Shown here: positions 39,499 to 48,285 of the stretch, one piece after another | Numbering within the stretch: the stretch's first letter is position 1 | Layout: each line of letters opens with the position of its first letter | Source: Candidatus Latescibacterota bacterium | Lineage (GTDB): Bacteria; Krumholzibacteriota; Krumholzibacteriia; WVZY01; JAKEHA01 | DNA: 64,000 nucleotides | NCBI GenBank assembly: GCA_963707635.1 | Contig: OY970173.1 | Span: 608,001-672,000, forward strand | Reading direction: 5' to 3' | Made by a program: the position numbers and the translations under genes | The notes under the pieces: generated by a model | Seen by the model: only the letters and a program-made list of their open reading frames with translations | Databases searched by the model: none | What the model was told of the DNA's origin: nothing

Positions 39499-40127
39499 AA
39501 CATCACTGCGCGAGACTTCTCGGCATCGCCGCGCTGGGCACCTCGCTCGTTTTGACGCCGGGATGCATGTTCAAGAACAGCGACGTCGTCATCACCGAAA
39601 AGGTCTGCGTGACCCTCGACGAGTACCAGACGACAGGCACGTTCGAGAGCTTCGTCGTGTGCGACCAGTTCAAGACGAAGCTGCTGGAGGCGCTGGCCGA
39701 GAACGGCCTCCAACTGGACGAAGTGAAGCGCATCACCATGAAGGAAGGCACGTTCAAGACCTACGAGGTGAAGCCCCACGACTGGAAGGTCACCGCGGAA
39801 ATCGACATCGCGCGCCAGGACGTTGTGGACGGACCCTACGACGACGGCCCGGAGTCGTTCGTGACCTTCAACCGCCAGTCGCTCAAGAAGCTGATGGGCC
39901 GCCCGCAGGACGCCGACCTCCACCGCCATGGCGTCAAGCTGGTGGATCGCGCGCTCGATTCGCTGCTCGACGGCGAGGATCCGCGCCTGGTCCTGATCAT
40001 CAACAACGAGAGCGTCGTCCCGACTCCGTCGGAAGCGGACCCGATGCAGTTCACGTTCAAGGCCTGCGTGGAATTCCAGATCGTGGTCAAGAAGAAGAAG
40101 CACCACGGACACGGCCCGCACATGTAG
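39495..40127 (+). CDS. Hypothetical lipoprotein
   Basis: ATGA overlap with the upstream gene; LVLTPGC lipobox; Lys/His-rich C-terminus. Confidence 0.7.
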   Translation: MKHHCARLLGIAALGTSLVLTPGCMFKNSDVVITEKVCVTLDEYQTTGTFESFVVCDQFKTKLLEALAENGLQLDEVKRITMKEGTFKTYEVKPHDWKVTAEIDIARQDVVDGPYDDGPESFVTFNRQSLKKLMGRPQDADLHRHGVKLVDRALDSLLDGEDPRLVLIINNESVVPTPSEADPMQFTFKACVEFQIVVKKKKHHGHGPHM

Positions 40128-40155
40128 AGCGCGACTGATCCGCTCCTCTTCGAAC

Positions 40156-40192
40156 ACAGCCCGGGCCTCGGCGGCCCGGGCTGTTTCGTTTT
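40156..40192 (+). terminator. Rho-independent terminator
   Basis: 12-bp stem ACAGCCCGGGCC/GGCCCGGGCTGT followed by TTCGTTTT, between convergent genes. Confidence 0.8.
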
Positions 40193-40202
40193 GCGACGCT
40201 TC

Positions 40203-41867
40203 CTACTTGAGCAGGACGAGCTTTCGGGTCATTGCCCCGGCCGGAAACTCGAGGCGCGCGAAGTAGACGCCCGAAGGGGCGCGGCCACCCGCATCGGTCG
40301 TGCCGGACCAGCGCAGCGCGGTCGCTCCCGCGGGCAACACGCCGTCGAACACCGTCGCGACGCGCCGCCCGCCGGCGTCGTGGATCGTGAGCGTCGCGCG
40401 CCCGCCGCGCGGAATCGACGCTTCCAGCGTGGTCGACGGATTGAAGGGATTCGGGAACGCGCGCATCGACGCGGCAGCGAGACCGGCCGGGGACGCGGCG
40501 GTCAGTGGCCACGCGTTCAGCCGGGTCAGGAACGCGTCGTCGGCGCCCGTGCTCGTGAGAGTTCCGCCGCCGAAATCGATCTGGCCGGCGAACTTTCCCG
40601 CCAGCAGCCCGTCGCCGAGGGGGTCCGAGGCGACGGCTTCCACCGACTGTGCCGCCGCGTCGCCGTAGCGTGCGCTCCATTCGCTGGTGCCGGTCGCGGT
40701 GAACTGGGCGATGAACCCGTCCTCGAGGCCGGCGCTGATGAGCGCGCCGGATCCGAAGTCCACCGACCCCCGGAAAAACCCGCCGATGCTGACGCGCTGC
40801 GACGGACCGATCGTGACCGACTTCGCCGCCTGCCCTGCCGCCGCGTCGCCGAAGCGTTTGCTCCACAGATGGTTGCCCGCCGCGTCGAGCTTGGCCAGAA
40901 ATGCGTCGTCTTCGCCGGCGCTGGTGAGCACGCCGCCGCCGAAGTCGATCGCGTTCTTGAACGTTCCCGTGAGGTAGACGTTTCCAAGGGCGTCGGTTGC
41001 CACGGACTGCGCGCTCTGTGCCAACGTCGACCCGAAGCGCTTGCTCCACACATGGGAACCTACAGGATCAAACTTCGCGACAAACACGTCGAGCCCGAGG
41101 CTTGTCAGGTTGGCGCCTCCGAAATTGATGGTCCCCAGGAACTGGCCGACCATGAGCACATTGCCGAACGGGTCCACGGCCACGTCGAGTGCTTCCTGGG
41201 CGCTCGAATTACCGAAGCGCTTGCTCCACAGGTGCGTGCCGTCGGCATTGAACTTGGAGAGAAAGATGTCGTCGAATCCCAACGCGGTCAGCACCCCGCC
41301 GCCCAGGTTGATGCTCCCGCTAAAGTATCCTGCCAGATAGAGGTTAGCCGCGTCGTCGATCGCGACGCTGCTGGCATACTGTCCGTCGCCGTCGCCGAAA
41401 CGTTTGCTCCACAGGTGCGTAAGGCCTGGGTCAAAACACGCGACGAACACGTCGTTGCTGCCCGCGCTGGCGAGTGCGCCCCCGCCGAAATCGACCGATC
41501 CGGAGAAGAAACCCGCGAGGAACGTGCGGCCGTTGCCGGCGATCGCAACGTCGGCGGCGCGCTGGCCCGAGGCGTCGCCGAAACGCTGACTGACCTGGAC
41601 CGTCCCGTTCGGACCCAGCCGGGTAAGAAAGATGTCGGTGCCGCCGGCGCTCGTGAGCGGCCCGTCGCCGAAATCGACGACGCCGGAGAATTCGCCGGTC
41701 ATCACGATGGCGCTGAACGCGTCGATAGCCAGCGCGCGGGCGCTCTGCGACGCGGCGTCGCCGAAACGCTGGCTCCAGATGTGCGCGGGGGCCGCGGCCA
41801 TGGCACCGGCCGCGGACGTGAGCACCCACGCCGCGAAGGAGGCAAGGAGGGGGAAACGACGGTGCAT
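40203..41867 (-). CDS. Secreted beta-propeller (SBBP-like) repeat protein with FlgD-Ig C-terminal domain
   Basis: Seven ~62-aa repeats WSKRFG...G.F.G.IDFGGG.LTS.G..D.F; FPNPFNP...SGVYFARL...RKLVLLK. Confidence 0.88.
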   Translation of the reverse strand: MHRRFPLLASFAAWVLTSAAGAMAAAPAHIWSQRFGDAASQSARALAIDAFSAIVMTGEFSGVVDFGDGPLTSAGGTDIFLTRLGPNGTVQVSQRFGDASGQRAADVAIAGNGRTFLAGFFSGSVDFGGGALASAGSNDVFVACFDPGLTHLWSKRFGDGDGQYASSVAIDDAANLYLAGYFSGSINLGGGVLTALGFDDIFLSKFNADGTHLWSKRFGNSSAQEALDVAVDPFGNVLMVGQFLGTINFGGANLTSLGLDVFVAKFDPVGSHVWSKRFGSTLAQSAQSVATDALGNVYLTGTFKNAIDFGGGVLTSAGEDDAFLAKLDAAGNHLWSKRFGDAAAGQAAKSVTIGPSQRVSIGGFFRGSVDFGSGALISAGLEDGFIAQFTATGTSEWSARYGDAAAQSVEAVASDPLGDGLLAGKFAGQIDFGGGTLTSTGADDAFLTRLNAWPLTAASPAGLAAASMRAFPNPFNPSTTLEASIPRGGRATLTIHDAGGRRVATVFDGVLPAGATALRWSGTTDAGGRAPSGVYFARLEFPAGAMTRKLVLLK

Positions 41868-42055
41868 GGTCTGGGTCCGAACGATAGCGCGCCGGAAGCG
41901 GCACCGGGAAAGTATAGCAGAGTAGGGCGGTCCGCGCGATGAGGACGCCCCGAACCGGATCTCCGCCACCGGTTCGGCAGCGATGCACCCTCGAAGTTGG
42001 TGCCCGTGTCGTGGTTCTGCTAGACTTCGTCTGCCGCAACAAGGAGCTTCTAATC

Positions 42056-42457
42056 ATGAAGAAAGTGGGCATCTGGATCGACCATCACAAGGCACTAATC
42101 ACCATCATAGACGCCGGCAGGGAATCCCAGCAGGTGATCGAATCGGACTTCGAACGCCACCCCGGCCCTCCCGGGAGCCGGCGCACCGGTCTGGCGTATG
42201 GACCCCAGGCCGCCAACCTGGACAGTCAGCGCGAAGAGAAGGAGAAACACCACGCCGCCAGCTTCTACAAGGAAGTGATCAAGGTGATCGGGAAGCCGGA
42301 CCAGTTGCTGGTGATGGGTCCGGCGGACGCGAAGCGCGAGTTCGCGCAGCTCGTCGAGAAGAGCCCGGAGCTGCGCGGCGCGAAGGTCAAGGTGGAGGCG
42401 GCGGACCGCATGACGGAATCGCAGGTGGCGACGAAGGTCAGGAGCACGGAGTTTTGA
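42056..42457 (+). CDS. Small stand-alone eRF1-domain-like (baeRF/host-attachment-like) protein
   Basis: VGIWIDHHKA, FYKEVI, LLVMGPADAKREF, ADRMTESQV. Confidence 0.65.
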   Translation: MKKVGIWIDHHKALITIIDAGRESQQVIESDFERHPGPPGSRRTGLAYGPQAANLDSQREEKEKHHAASFYKEVIKVIGKPDQLLVMGPADAKREFAQLVEKSPELRGAKVKVEAADRMTESQVATKVRSTEF

Positions 42458-42501
42458 GCACCATCGGCGACAGGACCCGCGAGGTTTGTCGGAGGTTCTC
42501 G

Positions 42502-42978
42502 ATGCAGCAAGGATGGAGAGTCGCTGGAAGAGTGGTTCTGCTGGCCGCCGTCATCACGGTGGTCGCGCTGCCGTTGGCGCTGGCGGACGCCCCGACGATG
42601 CGGGTGAAGCGAGAGGCCGAATTGCGCGCCACCGAGACCGCCTTCGCGAAGACGATGGCGGATCGCGACCCGGCCGCGTTTGCGGGGTTCATCTCCGACG
42701 AAGCGGTGTTCTTCGGGCGCGCGGGCGAGATCCGCGGAAAGGCCGCGATCGTCGATGCCTGGGCGGGCCTGTTCGAAGGCGAAGAGCCCCCCTTCTCGTG
42801 GCGGCCGGAGGTCGCCGTCGTGCCGGAGTCGTCTCAAGAGCTGGGGTTCACCTCGGGGCCGGTATTCAGTCCGGACGGCAAGCAGACGGGAACGTTCAAT
42901 TCCGTGTGGCGGCGCGAGAGCGATGGAAAGTGGAGGATCGTGTTCGACAAGGGCTGCCCGCCGTGCGGATCGCCCTGA
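42502..42978 (+). CDS. NTF2-like / DUF4440 secreted protein
   Basis: ETAFAKTMADRD, PPFSWRPE, FNSVWRRE.DGKWRIVFDKG. Confidence 0.85.
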   Translation: MQQGWRVAGRVVLLAAVITVVALPLALADAPTMRVKREAELRATETAFAKTMADRDPAAFAGFISDEAVFFGRAGEIRGKAAIVDAWAGLFEGEEPPFSWRPEVAVVPESSQELGFTSGPVFSPDGKQTGTFNSVWRRESDGKWRIVFDKGCPPCGSP

Positions 42979-42990
42979 CCGAAAATAGCT

Positions 42991-44046
42991 CTACGCGGAA
43001 GCGGTGCGCGCCCCGCGCCGCCGTCCCCGTTTGTCCGAGAGATAGCTCACGACCACCCCCGCGCCGATCATCATGTTGATGATCATCGTGAAGAATCGCC
43101 ACAGGAGAACGTAGATGGCCTGATAGCTCCGCGGGACGACGGGGCTCATGACCGCCATCGTCGACACTTCCGCGAGTCCGGCCGAACCCGGGGTCGGCGA
43201 GAAATAGAACACCAGCAGCGGAATGATCTGCAGAAGGAGCACCTTTCCCAGTTCCACCTCGACGCCCAGGCCGCGCAGCACCACCCACCCGATCAGGAAC
43301 TTGTTCAGGTAGATGAGACCGGTGATGAGCACACCTGCGGTGAAGATCAGCTTCCCGCGCAGCAGAAACGTCGTCATGAGGTCGTGGTAGCGATCCACGG
43401 TCGCGAACGCGCGCTCCACCATCTGATGGTGGTTGAGCGCCCGGCGCACGAGCGGGAGACGTGTCATCAGCCAGCGCACCGCCCGCTTGAACGCGCCCGG
43501 GTGGGTCAGGGTCAGCAGCACCGTGACGAGGATCAGCACATAGATCGCGAACGCGATCATCGAGAGTGTCTCCAGCCCGGGCGGCATGAGGTTCTGGTGG
43601 AACAGGAGCAGGCTCGCTCCCACGAGCAGGATGATCACCGTCGAGATAAACCCGCCGAGAAAACAAACCACGGTCGAATCCAGCACCGTCATGCCTTCCG
43701 CGTACAGCACATAGACCTGGGCGGCGGCTCCTCCGGTCTGGGATGGCGTCACACCCGCCAGGAAGACGTGCACGAGACAGCTGCGCACGCACGCGCCGAA
43801 CGTGATCGGTGGGTAAACCTTGCGGGCGAAGATGAAAATGCGCACTCCCGACAGCACGATGTCCGTGGAAGTGAGCGCGAGCGCGAGCCCGAGGAAGCGC
43901 GGGTCGAAGTCCAGCAGATGCCGCCACGTGTCGCCCAGCGATGAACGCCGGATCACGATGAAGAAGCCAACCAGGCTGAACGCCAGGAACAGCTTGATGC
44001 CGAGCCGGATCTTCTCGACGGGGATGGATGGAGTGCTGGGTGGCAT
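42991..44046 (-). CDS. Lysylphosphatidylglycerol synthase TM-domain (UPF0104 flippase-like) protein
   Basis: VTPSQTGG, PTPGSAGLAE, LLWRFFT; multiple TM helices. Confidence 0.88.
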   Translation of the reverse strand: MPPSTPSIPVEKIRLGIKLFLAFSLVGFFIVIRRSSLGDTWRHLLDFDPRFLGLALALTSTDIVLSGVRIFIFARKVYPPITFGACVRSCLVHVFLAGVTPSQTGGAAAQVYVLYAEGMTVLDSTVVCFLGGFISTVIILLVGASLLLFHQNLMPPGLETLSMIAFAIYVLILVTVLLTLTHPGAFKRAVRWLMTRLPLVRRALNHHQMVERAFATVDRYHDLMTTFLLRGKLIFTAGVLITGLIYLNKFLIGWVVLRGLGVEVELGKVLLLQIIPLLVFYFSPTPGSAGLAEVSTMAVMSPVVPRSYQAIYVLLWRFFTMIINMMIGAGVVVSYLSDKRGRRRGARTASA

Positions 44047-44167
44047 GGGTGGGGCCTTCGACAGGCGAGAGTGTACACGAAAGCGACCCGCGGGCAAGTC
44101 GCCGCCGGTTCGTGGTATAGTACCGCGTCATCCGCGCTGGCGGCGCACGGCGAACAAGGAGATGCCC

Positions 44168-44560
44168 ATGAGCTCCGGGAAAACGACGTTCGGTCTTTCG
44201 TCCATCGGCCAGGTGGCACTCACGGTTCACGACATTCCCCGCGCCACGGCGTTCTACCGCGAGACGCTCGGGATCCCGTTCCTCTTCCAGGCCCCGGGGC
44301 TGGCGTTTTTCCAGGCCGGCGAGGTGCGCCTGATGCTGGGTTTGCCGGAGAACGACGCGCAGAAGTTCTCCTCGATCGTCTATTTCCGCGTGGACGACAT
44401 TGAGTCCGCCTACCAGGAGCTCAAGGCGCGCGGGGTGGAGTTCACCCACGAGCCGCGTCTGATCCACCGTGGCCAGAAGGCCGACCTCTGGCTGGCGGCG
44501 TTCTTCGACCCCGACCGCAATACCCTGGCCCTGATGAGCGAAGTGCCACGCCGCGACTAG
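44168..44560 (+). CDS. VOC/glyoxalase family protein
   Basis: IGQVALTVHD..RA..FY, VYFRVDDI, FFDPDRNTLAL. Confidence 0.9.
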   Translation: MSSGKTTFGLSSIGQVALTVHDIPRATAFYRETLGIPFLFQAPGLAFFQAGEVRLMLGLPENDAQKFSSIVYFRVDDIESAYQELKARGVEFTHEPRLIHRGQKADLWLAAFFDPDRNTLALMSEVPRRD

Positions 44561-44566
44561 ACCGGC

Positions 44567-44595
44567 TTGACGCGGCGCGTGTGCGCGGGTAGATT
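44567..44595 (+). promoter_or_regulatory. Putative sigma-70 promoter TTGACG-N17-TAGATT
   Basis: Near-consensus boxes upstream of the GGAGGG-ATG at 44638. Confidence 0.5.
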
Positions 44596-44637
44596 CTCGC
44601 TTCCCGAACCATAGTCAGAATTCACTCATAGGAGGGC

Positions 44638-44804
44638 ATGCGTGAACCCACTGGCTCGAAGGCATCCAAGGACGCCGTGGAACGCGGCCGCCCAAGGTCA
44701 ACGATGAGGACCTCAAGGCGATCTTCGCCTATCTAAAGAGTCTGCCTCCGATCAAGAACGTGGTGCCCCAGCCGGTGGCGCCCGGCGATATCGGCAAGAT
44801 GTAG
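44638..44804 (+). pseudogene. Diheme cytochrome c (c-553-like) gene remnant with a large internal deletion
   Basis: N-terminal MREPTGSKASKDAVERGR is joined out of frame to KVNDEDLKAIFAYLKSLPPIKNVVPQP...*. No CxxCH remains. Confidence 0.65.
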
Positions 44805-44815
44805 CAGCTTGATTC

Positions 44816-44848
44816 CCGGCCCTCCCCGAACCGCGTGGGGAGGGCCGG
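44816..44848. terminator. GC-rich 12-bp hairpin (terminator-like)
   Basis: CCGGCCCTCCCC-N9-GGGGAGGGCCGG just after the remnant's stop; no clear U-tract. Confidence 0.5.
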
Positions 44849-44977
44849 AAACCGGTCGTGGCGGCGCCCGCTTCGATCTGCTATAGTCTCTTCCCAAGAT
44901 ATTGTCTCCGCGAGAGTTGATGCGTTGATCGGCGGTGTGGTGCCAACCATGCCGCCGTCGCTCTATTGAGAGTTCCA

Positions 44978-46414
44978 ATGGCCATCCAGGTCTACATCGA
45001 AACCTACGGCTGCCAGATGAACGAGTACGACTCGGAGCTGGTGAAGTCGATCCTGGTCAACCGCGGGTTCGCGCTGACCGATCGCTTCGGCCGCCCGGAC
45101 GTGGTGCTCATCAATACGTGCGCGATCCGCGAAAAGGCGCACCAGAAGATCTATGGACGCCTCCAGCAGCTCAAGCGCGAGCGCGCGTTGCGCTCGAGCC
45201 GGTTGACGGTCGGCATTCTGGGCTGCATGGCGCAGAACCTGAAACAGGACCTGGTCGACGGCCACGACGAGGTCGACTTCGTCGCGGGTCCCGATTCCTA
45301 CCGGCACCTGCCGGAGTTGATCGACGCGGCGCGAGGCGAAAGCGGGCCGAGCGCCGCGCTGGGCGCCGCGGCGCTCAAGCTGTCGACCACCGAGACCTAT
45401 ACCGGGGTCGACCCCATCCGCAGCGGAGGCGTCAACGCCTGGATCGCGGTCATGCGCGGGTGCGACAACATGTGCACCTTCTGCGTGGTCCCGTTCACGC
45501 GCGGGCGCGAGCGCAGCCGGGACGCCGCCGGCGTGGTGGCCGAAGTCCAAGCGCTGGTCCGCGACGGCTACCGGCAGGTGACGCTCCTCGGGCAGAACGT
45601 GAACTCGTACCGCCACGGGGATGTCCGCTTTGCGGACCTGATGCGGATGGTGGGCGACGTGCCCGGGGTCGAGCGCGTGCGCTTCACCTCTCCGCACCCG
45701 AAGGATTTTCCTCCGGACCTGATCCGCGCCATCGCCGAGCACCCGAAGCTCTGCAAGCACATCCACCTACCCTTGCAGGCCGGCAACGACCGCGTGCTCG
45801 ACCTCATGCGCCGGACCTACACCCAGTCCGAATTCCGCGCCCTGGCCGCCGAGATGCGGGAGCAGGTGCCCGGTGTCTCCATTACAACCGACGTGATCGT
45901 TGGCTTCCCCACCGAGACGGCGGAGGAGTTCGAGGACACGCGGCGCCTGATGGAGGACGTCCGCTTCGACGCGGCCTTCATCTTCAAGTACTCCGAGCGC
46001 AAGGGAACCTACGCGCAGCGCAAGCTCCCCGACGACGTCCCCGCCGCCGAAAAGACGCGTCGCATCGTCGAGCTGGTGGGCCTGCAGAAGCGCATCACGG
46101 GAGAGATCAACCACGCGGTGGTCGGGAGCACGGCCGACATTCTGGTCGAGGAAATCGTGGAGAAGCAGCCCGGTTTCGTCTCGGGGCGCACGGACAACTT
46201 CAAGCACACGATCTTGGCGGGAACCGAGCTCGATATTGGAAACGTGGTCCGCGTACGCGTAGAGGGTTCCCGAGGGGCTACATTGTATGCCCATCCCGTA
46301 GAAGCGCCGGTGGTCGCTCGACGCGATTCGGCTGGCGCGCCCGCGGCAGCCCTCCGCTCATGCACTTCGCGCGCAAATGTTGGCAGCGCGCCTCGTGAAA
46401 TCGCGTCGGGCTAA
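44978..46414 (+). CDS. miaB: tRNA (i6A37) methylthiotransferase MiaB
   Basis: TYGCQMNEYDS, NTCAIRE, LGCMA, GCDNMCTFCVVP, RFTSPHP, IVGFPTET; TRAM domain. Confidence 0.96.
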   Translation: MAIQVYIETYGCQMNEYDSELVKSILVNRGFALTDRFGRPDVVLINTCAIREKAHQKIYGRLQQLKRERALRSSRLTVGILGCMAQNLKQDLVDGHDEVDFVAGPDSYRHLPELIDAARGESGPSAALGAAALKLSTTETYTGVDPIRSGGVNAWIAVMRGCDNMCTFCVVPFTRGRERSRDAAGVVAEVQALVRDGYRQVTLLGQNVNSYRHGDVRFADLMRMVGDVPGVERVRFTSPHPKDFPPDLIRAIAEHPKLCKHIHLPLQAGNDRVLDLMRRTYTQSEFRALAAEMREQVPGVSITTDVIVGFPTETAEEFEDTRRLMEDVRFDAAFIFKYSERKGTYAQRKLPDDVPAAEKTRRIVELVGLQKRITGEINHAVVGSTADILVEEIVEKQPGFVSGRTDNFKHTILAGTELDIGNVVRVRVEGSRGATLYAHPVEAPVVARRDSAGAPAAALRSCTSRANVGSAPREIASG

Positions 46415-46472
46415 CCGCGGTCGCGCCCGAGCATCCAAGACCTGCATATCAACCAAAAGGACAGCCCCTGAC

Positions 46473-47759
46473 ATGGCGAATACTCCTCGACCGCGAACGC
46501 ACGGCCACGCCCGGCGCAGCACGACCCCCGCACGACGAGAGGCGCGGCCCGTCGGCGCGGCCAAGACCGGCAAGCCCACCCTCGCGCGCCCCGGCGAGCA
46601 GATGTGGGCACTGGTCTACGACGCCGAACAGGACCGCTGGGACAAGACGCGCGGCTTCCGCAAGGAGCGCGTGGCGAAGCCCCGGCTCGACCCCGCCGAC
46701 CCGCTGGACGCCAGCGCGGTCATCCTCAAGGTGAGATTTACGGGCTTCTGCGGTTCGGACGCGGGCATCTGGTTCCGCTCCTCGTTCAAGTCCATGATCC
46801 ACGAGTCGCTCAAGGCCGAAGGAAAAACCACGCGTGTCATCGGGCACGAGGTGTTCGGCGAAGTCGCGGAGGTGGGCCCGGTCGCGGCGGCCCACTACGG
46901 GCTCAAGAAGGGAGAGCTGGTGGCGGCGGAGTCGCACATCGTGTGCGGACGTTGCCACCAGTGCCTGATCGGCCAGCGCCACGTGTGCACCGACGAGCGC
47001 ATCATCGGCATTTCGCGCGATGGCGGTTTCGCCGAATACATCAAGCTTCCTGCTTCCGTACTGTGGCGCACCGACGTCAACAAGATCCGCCCCGAGGTGG
47101 CCGTGGTCCAGGAGCCGTTCGGCAACGCCGTGCACGCCTCCACCGCGGTAGACCTGCGCGGCAAGTCGGTGGCGGTCTTCGGCTGCGGCGCCATCGGGCA
47201 GTTCACCATCATGATCGCCAAGGCACTCGGGGCCTCGCGCCTGATCGGCATCGAGCCCAACCCGATCAACGCCGAACTCGCGCGCAAGCTCGGCGCCGAC
47301 GACGTGATCTCGTTCGAGATCCACGGCGAGGAGCGCAACGGATGGAAGTCGTACCCCGAGGTCGTCGAACAGGTCGTGAAGTTCAGCGGCATCGACGGCG
47401 TCGACGTGGCGATGGAGATGGCCGGCCACAACTCGTCGGTCAACAACGCGATCCAATCCGTGCGCCGGGGTGGCGACGTGGTGCTGTTCGGGTTGAAGTC
47501 CGGTGATTTTCGCATCCAGGACTTCCAGCGCATGATCATCAAGGGCGTCAATATCCACAGCGTGATCGGCCGGCGGTTGTTCGAGACGTGGGAGCTCACC
47601 AAGAACCTGCTCGAATCGCGCGAGAACGGCATCCAGGACAAGATCTGGAACGTGATGCTCAACCGCGGGAAAGATACGATCGTCGAGGCGAAGGACTTCG
47701 ACCCGGCGACATTCGAGAAGAAGATCGGGAAGCACCCGAAGCTGATTATCAGGTGGTAG
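46473..47759 (+). CDS. tdh: L-threonine 3-dehydrogenase-like Zn-dependent dehydrogenase (divergent)
   Basis: FCGSD, IGHE, ESHIVCGRCHQC...HVC, QEPFGNAVHA, GCGAIG, IGRRLFETW. kbl lies nearby. Confidence 0.8.
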   Translation: MANTPRPRTHGHARRSTTPARREARPVGAAKTGKPTLARPGEQMWALVYDAEQDRWDKTRGFRKERVAKPRLDPADPLDASAVILKVRFTGFCGSDAGIWFRSSFKSMIHESLKAEGKTTRVIGHEVFGEVAEVGPVAAAHYGLKKGELVAAESHIVCGRCHQCLIGQRHVCTDERIIGISRDGGFAEYIKLPASVLWRTDVNKIRPEVAVVQEPFGNAVHASTAVDLRGKSVAVFGCGAIGQFTIMIAKALGASRLIGIEPNPINAELARKLGADDVISFEIHGEERNGWKSYPEVVEQVVKFSGIDGVDVAMEMAGHNSSVNNAIQSVRRGGDVVLFGLKSGDFRIQDFQRMIIKGVNIHSVIGRRLFETWELTKNLLESRENGIQDKIWNVMLNRGKDTIVEAKDFDPATFEKKIGKHPKLIIRW

Positions 47760-47763
47760 ATCC

Positions 47764-48216
47764 GTGTCGGTTCCTCAGATCGTCGCAGGCAGGTGGGCCC
47801 GGGTGCTCGAGCGCGTCGAGCACGCAGTGGTCATTCTGCTAATCGTCCTGCTGGCGATCGTCATCTGCGTGGCGCTCGTCGATCTGTATGTGCTCTTCGC
47901 GATGCGGATCGGCGATCGGCTGACGGAGGTGCGGACCACGGCGGCTTTCCAGGAAGCGCTGCAGAATGCCTTCGGCGGCGTGCTGATGGTGCTGCTCGGG
48001 CTCGAGCTGCTCGAAACGGTGAAGGTCTACTTCCAAGAGCACCGCATCCGCGTCGAGATCATCATGTTCGTGGCCATCATCGCGACCGGCCGGCACATCA
48101 TTCAAATCGACACTCACGACGCGAACCCGATGATGATATTCGGGCTGGCCACGTTGATGCTGGCGCTCTCGGCCAGTTACTTCCTCCTCAAACGGGGGAC
48201 GGCGGCGCGGCAGTAG
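47764..48216 (+). CDS. PsiE-family membrane protein
   Basis: LMVLLGLELLETVKVY, VAIIATGRHII. Confidence 0.85.
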   Translation: MSVPQIVAGRWARVLERVEHAVVILLIVLLAIVICVALVDLYVLFAMRIGDRLTEVRTTAAFQEALQNAFGGVLMVLLGLELLETVKVYFQEHRIRVEIIMFVAIIATGRHIIQIDTHDANPMMIFGLATLMLALSASYFLLKRGTAARQ

Positions 48217-48285
48217 TCGATCTCGGGCGCCAACGCGCCCCTATCACGCTTGTCGTGATTCGCAAGCAATGCGACAATCCGCTCC

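Noticed and set aside
40500..41800. Regular ~186-bp repeats as a CRISPR array or DGR-like repeats
   Set aside because: They are in-frame beta-propeller repeats that diverge at synonymous sites. No spacers, cas genes or reverse transcriptase.
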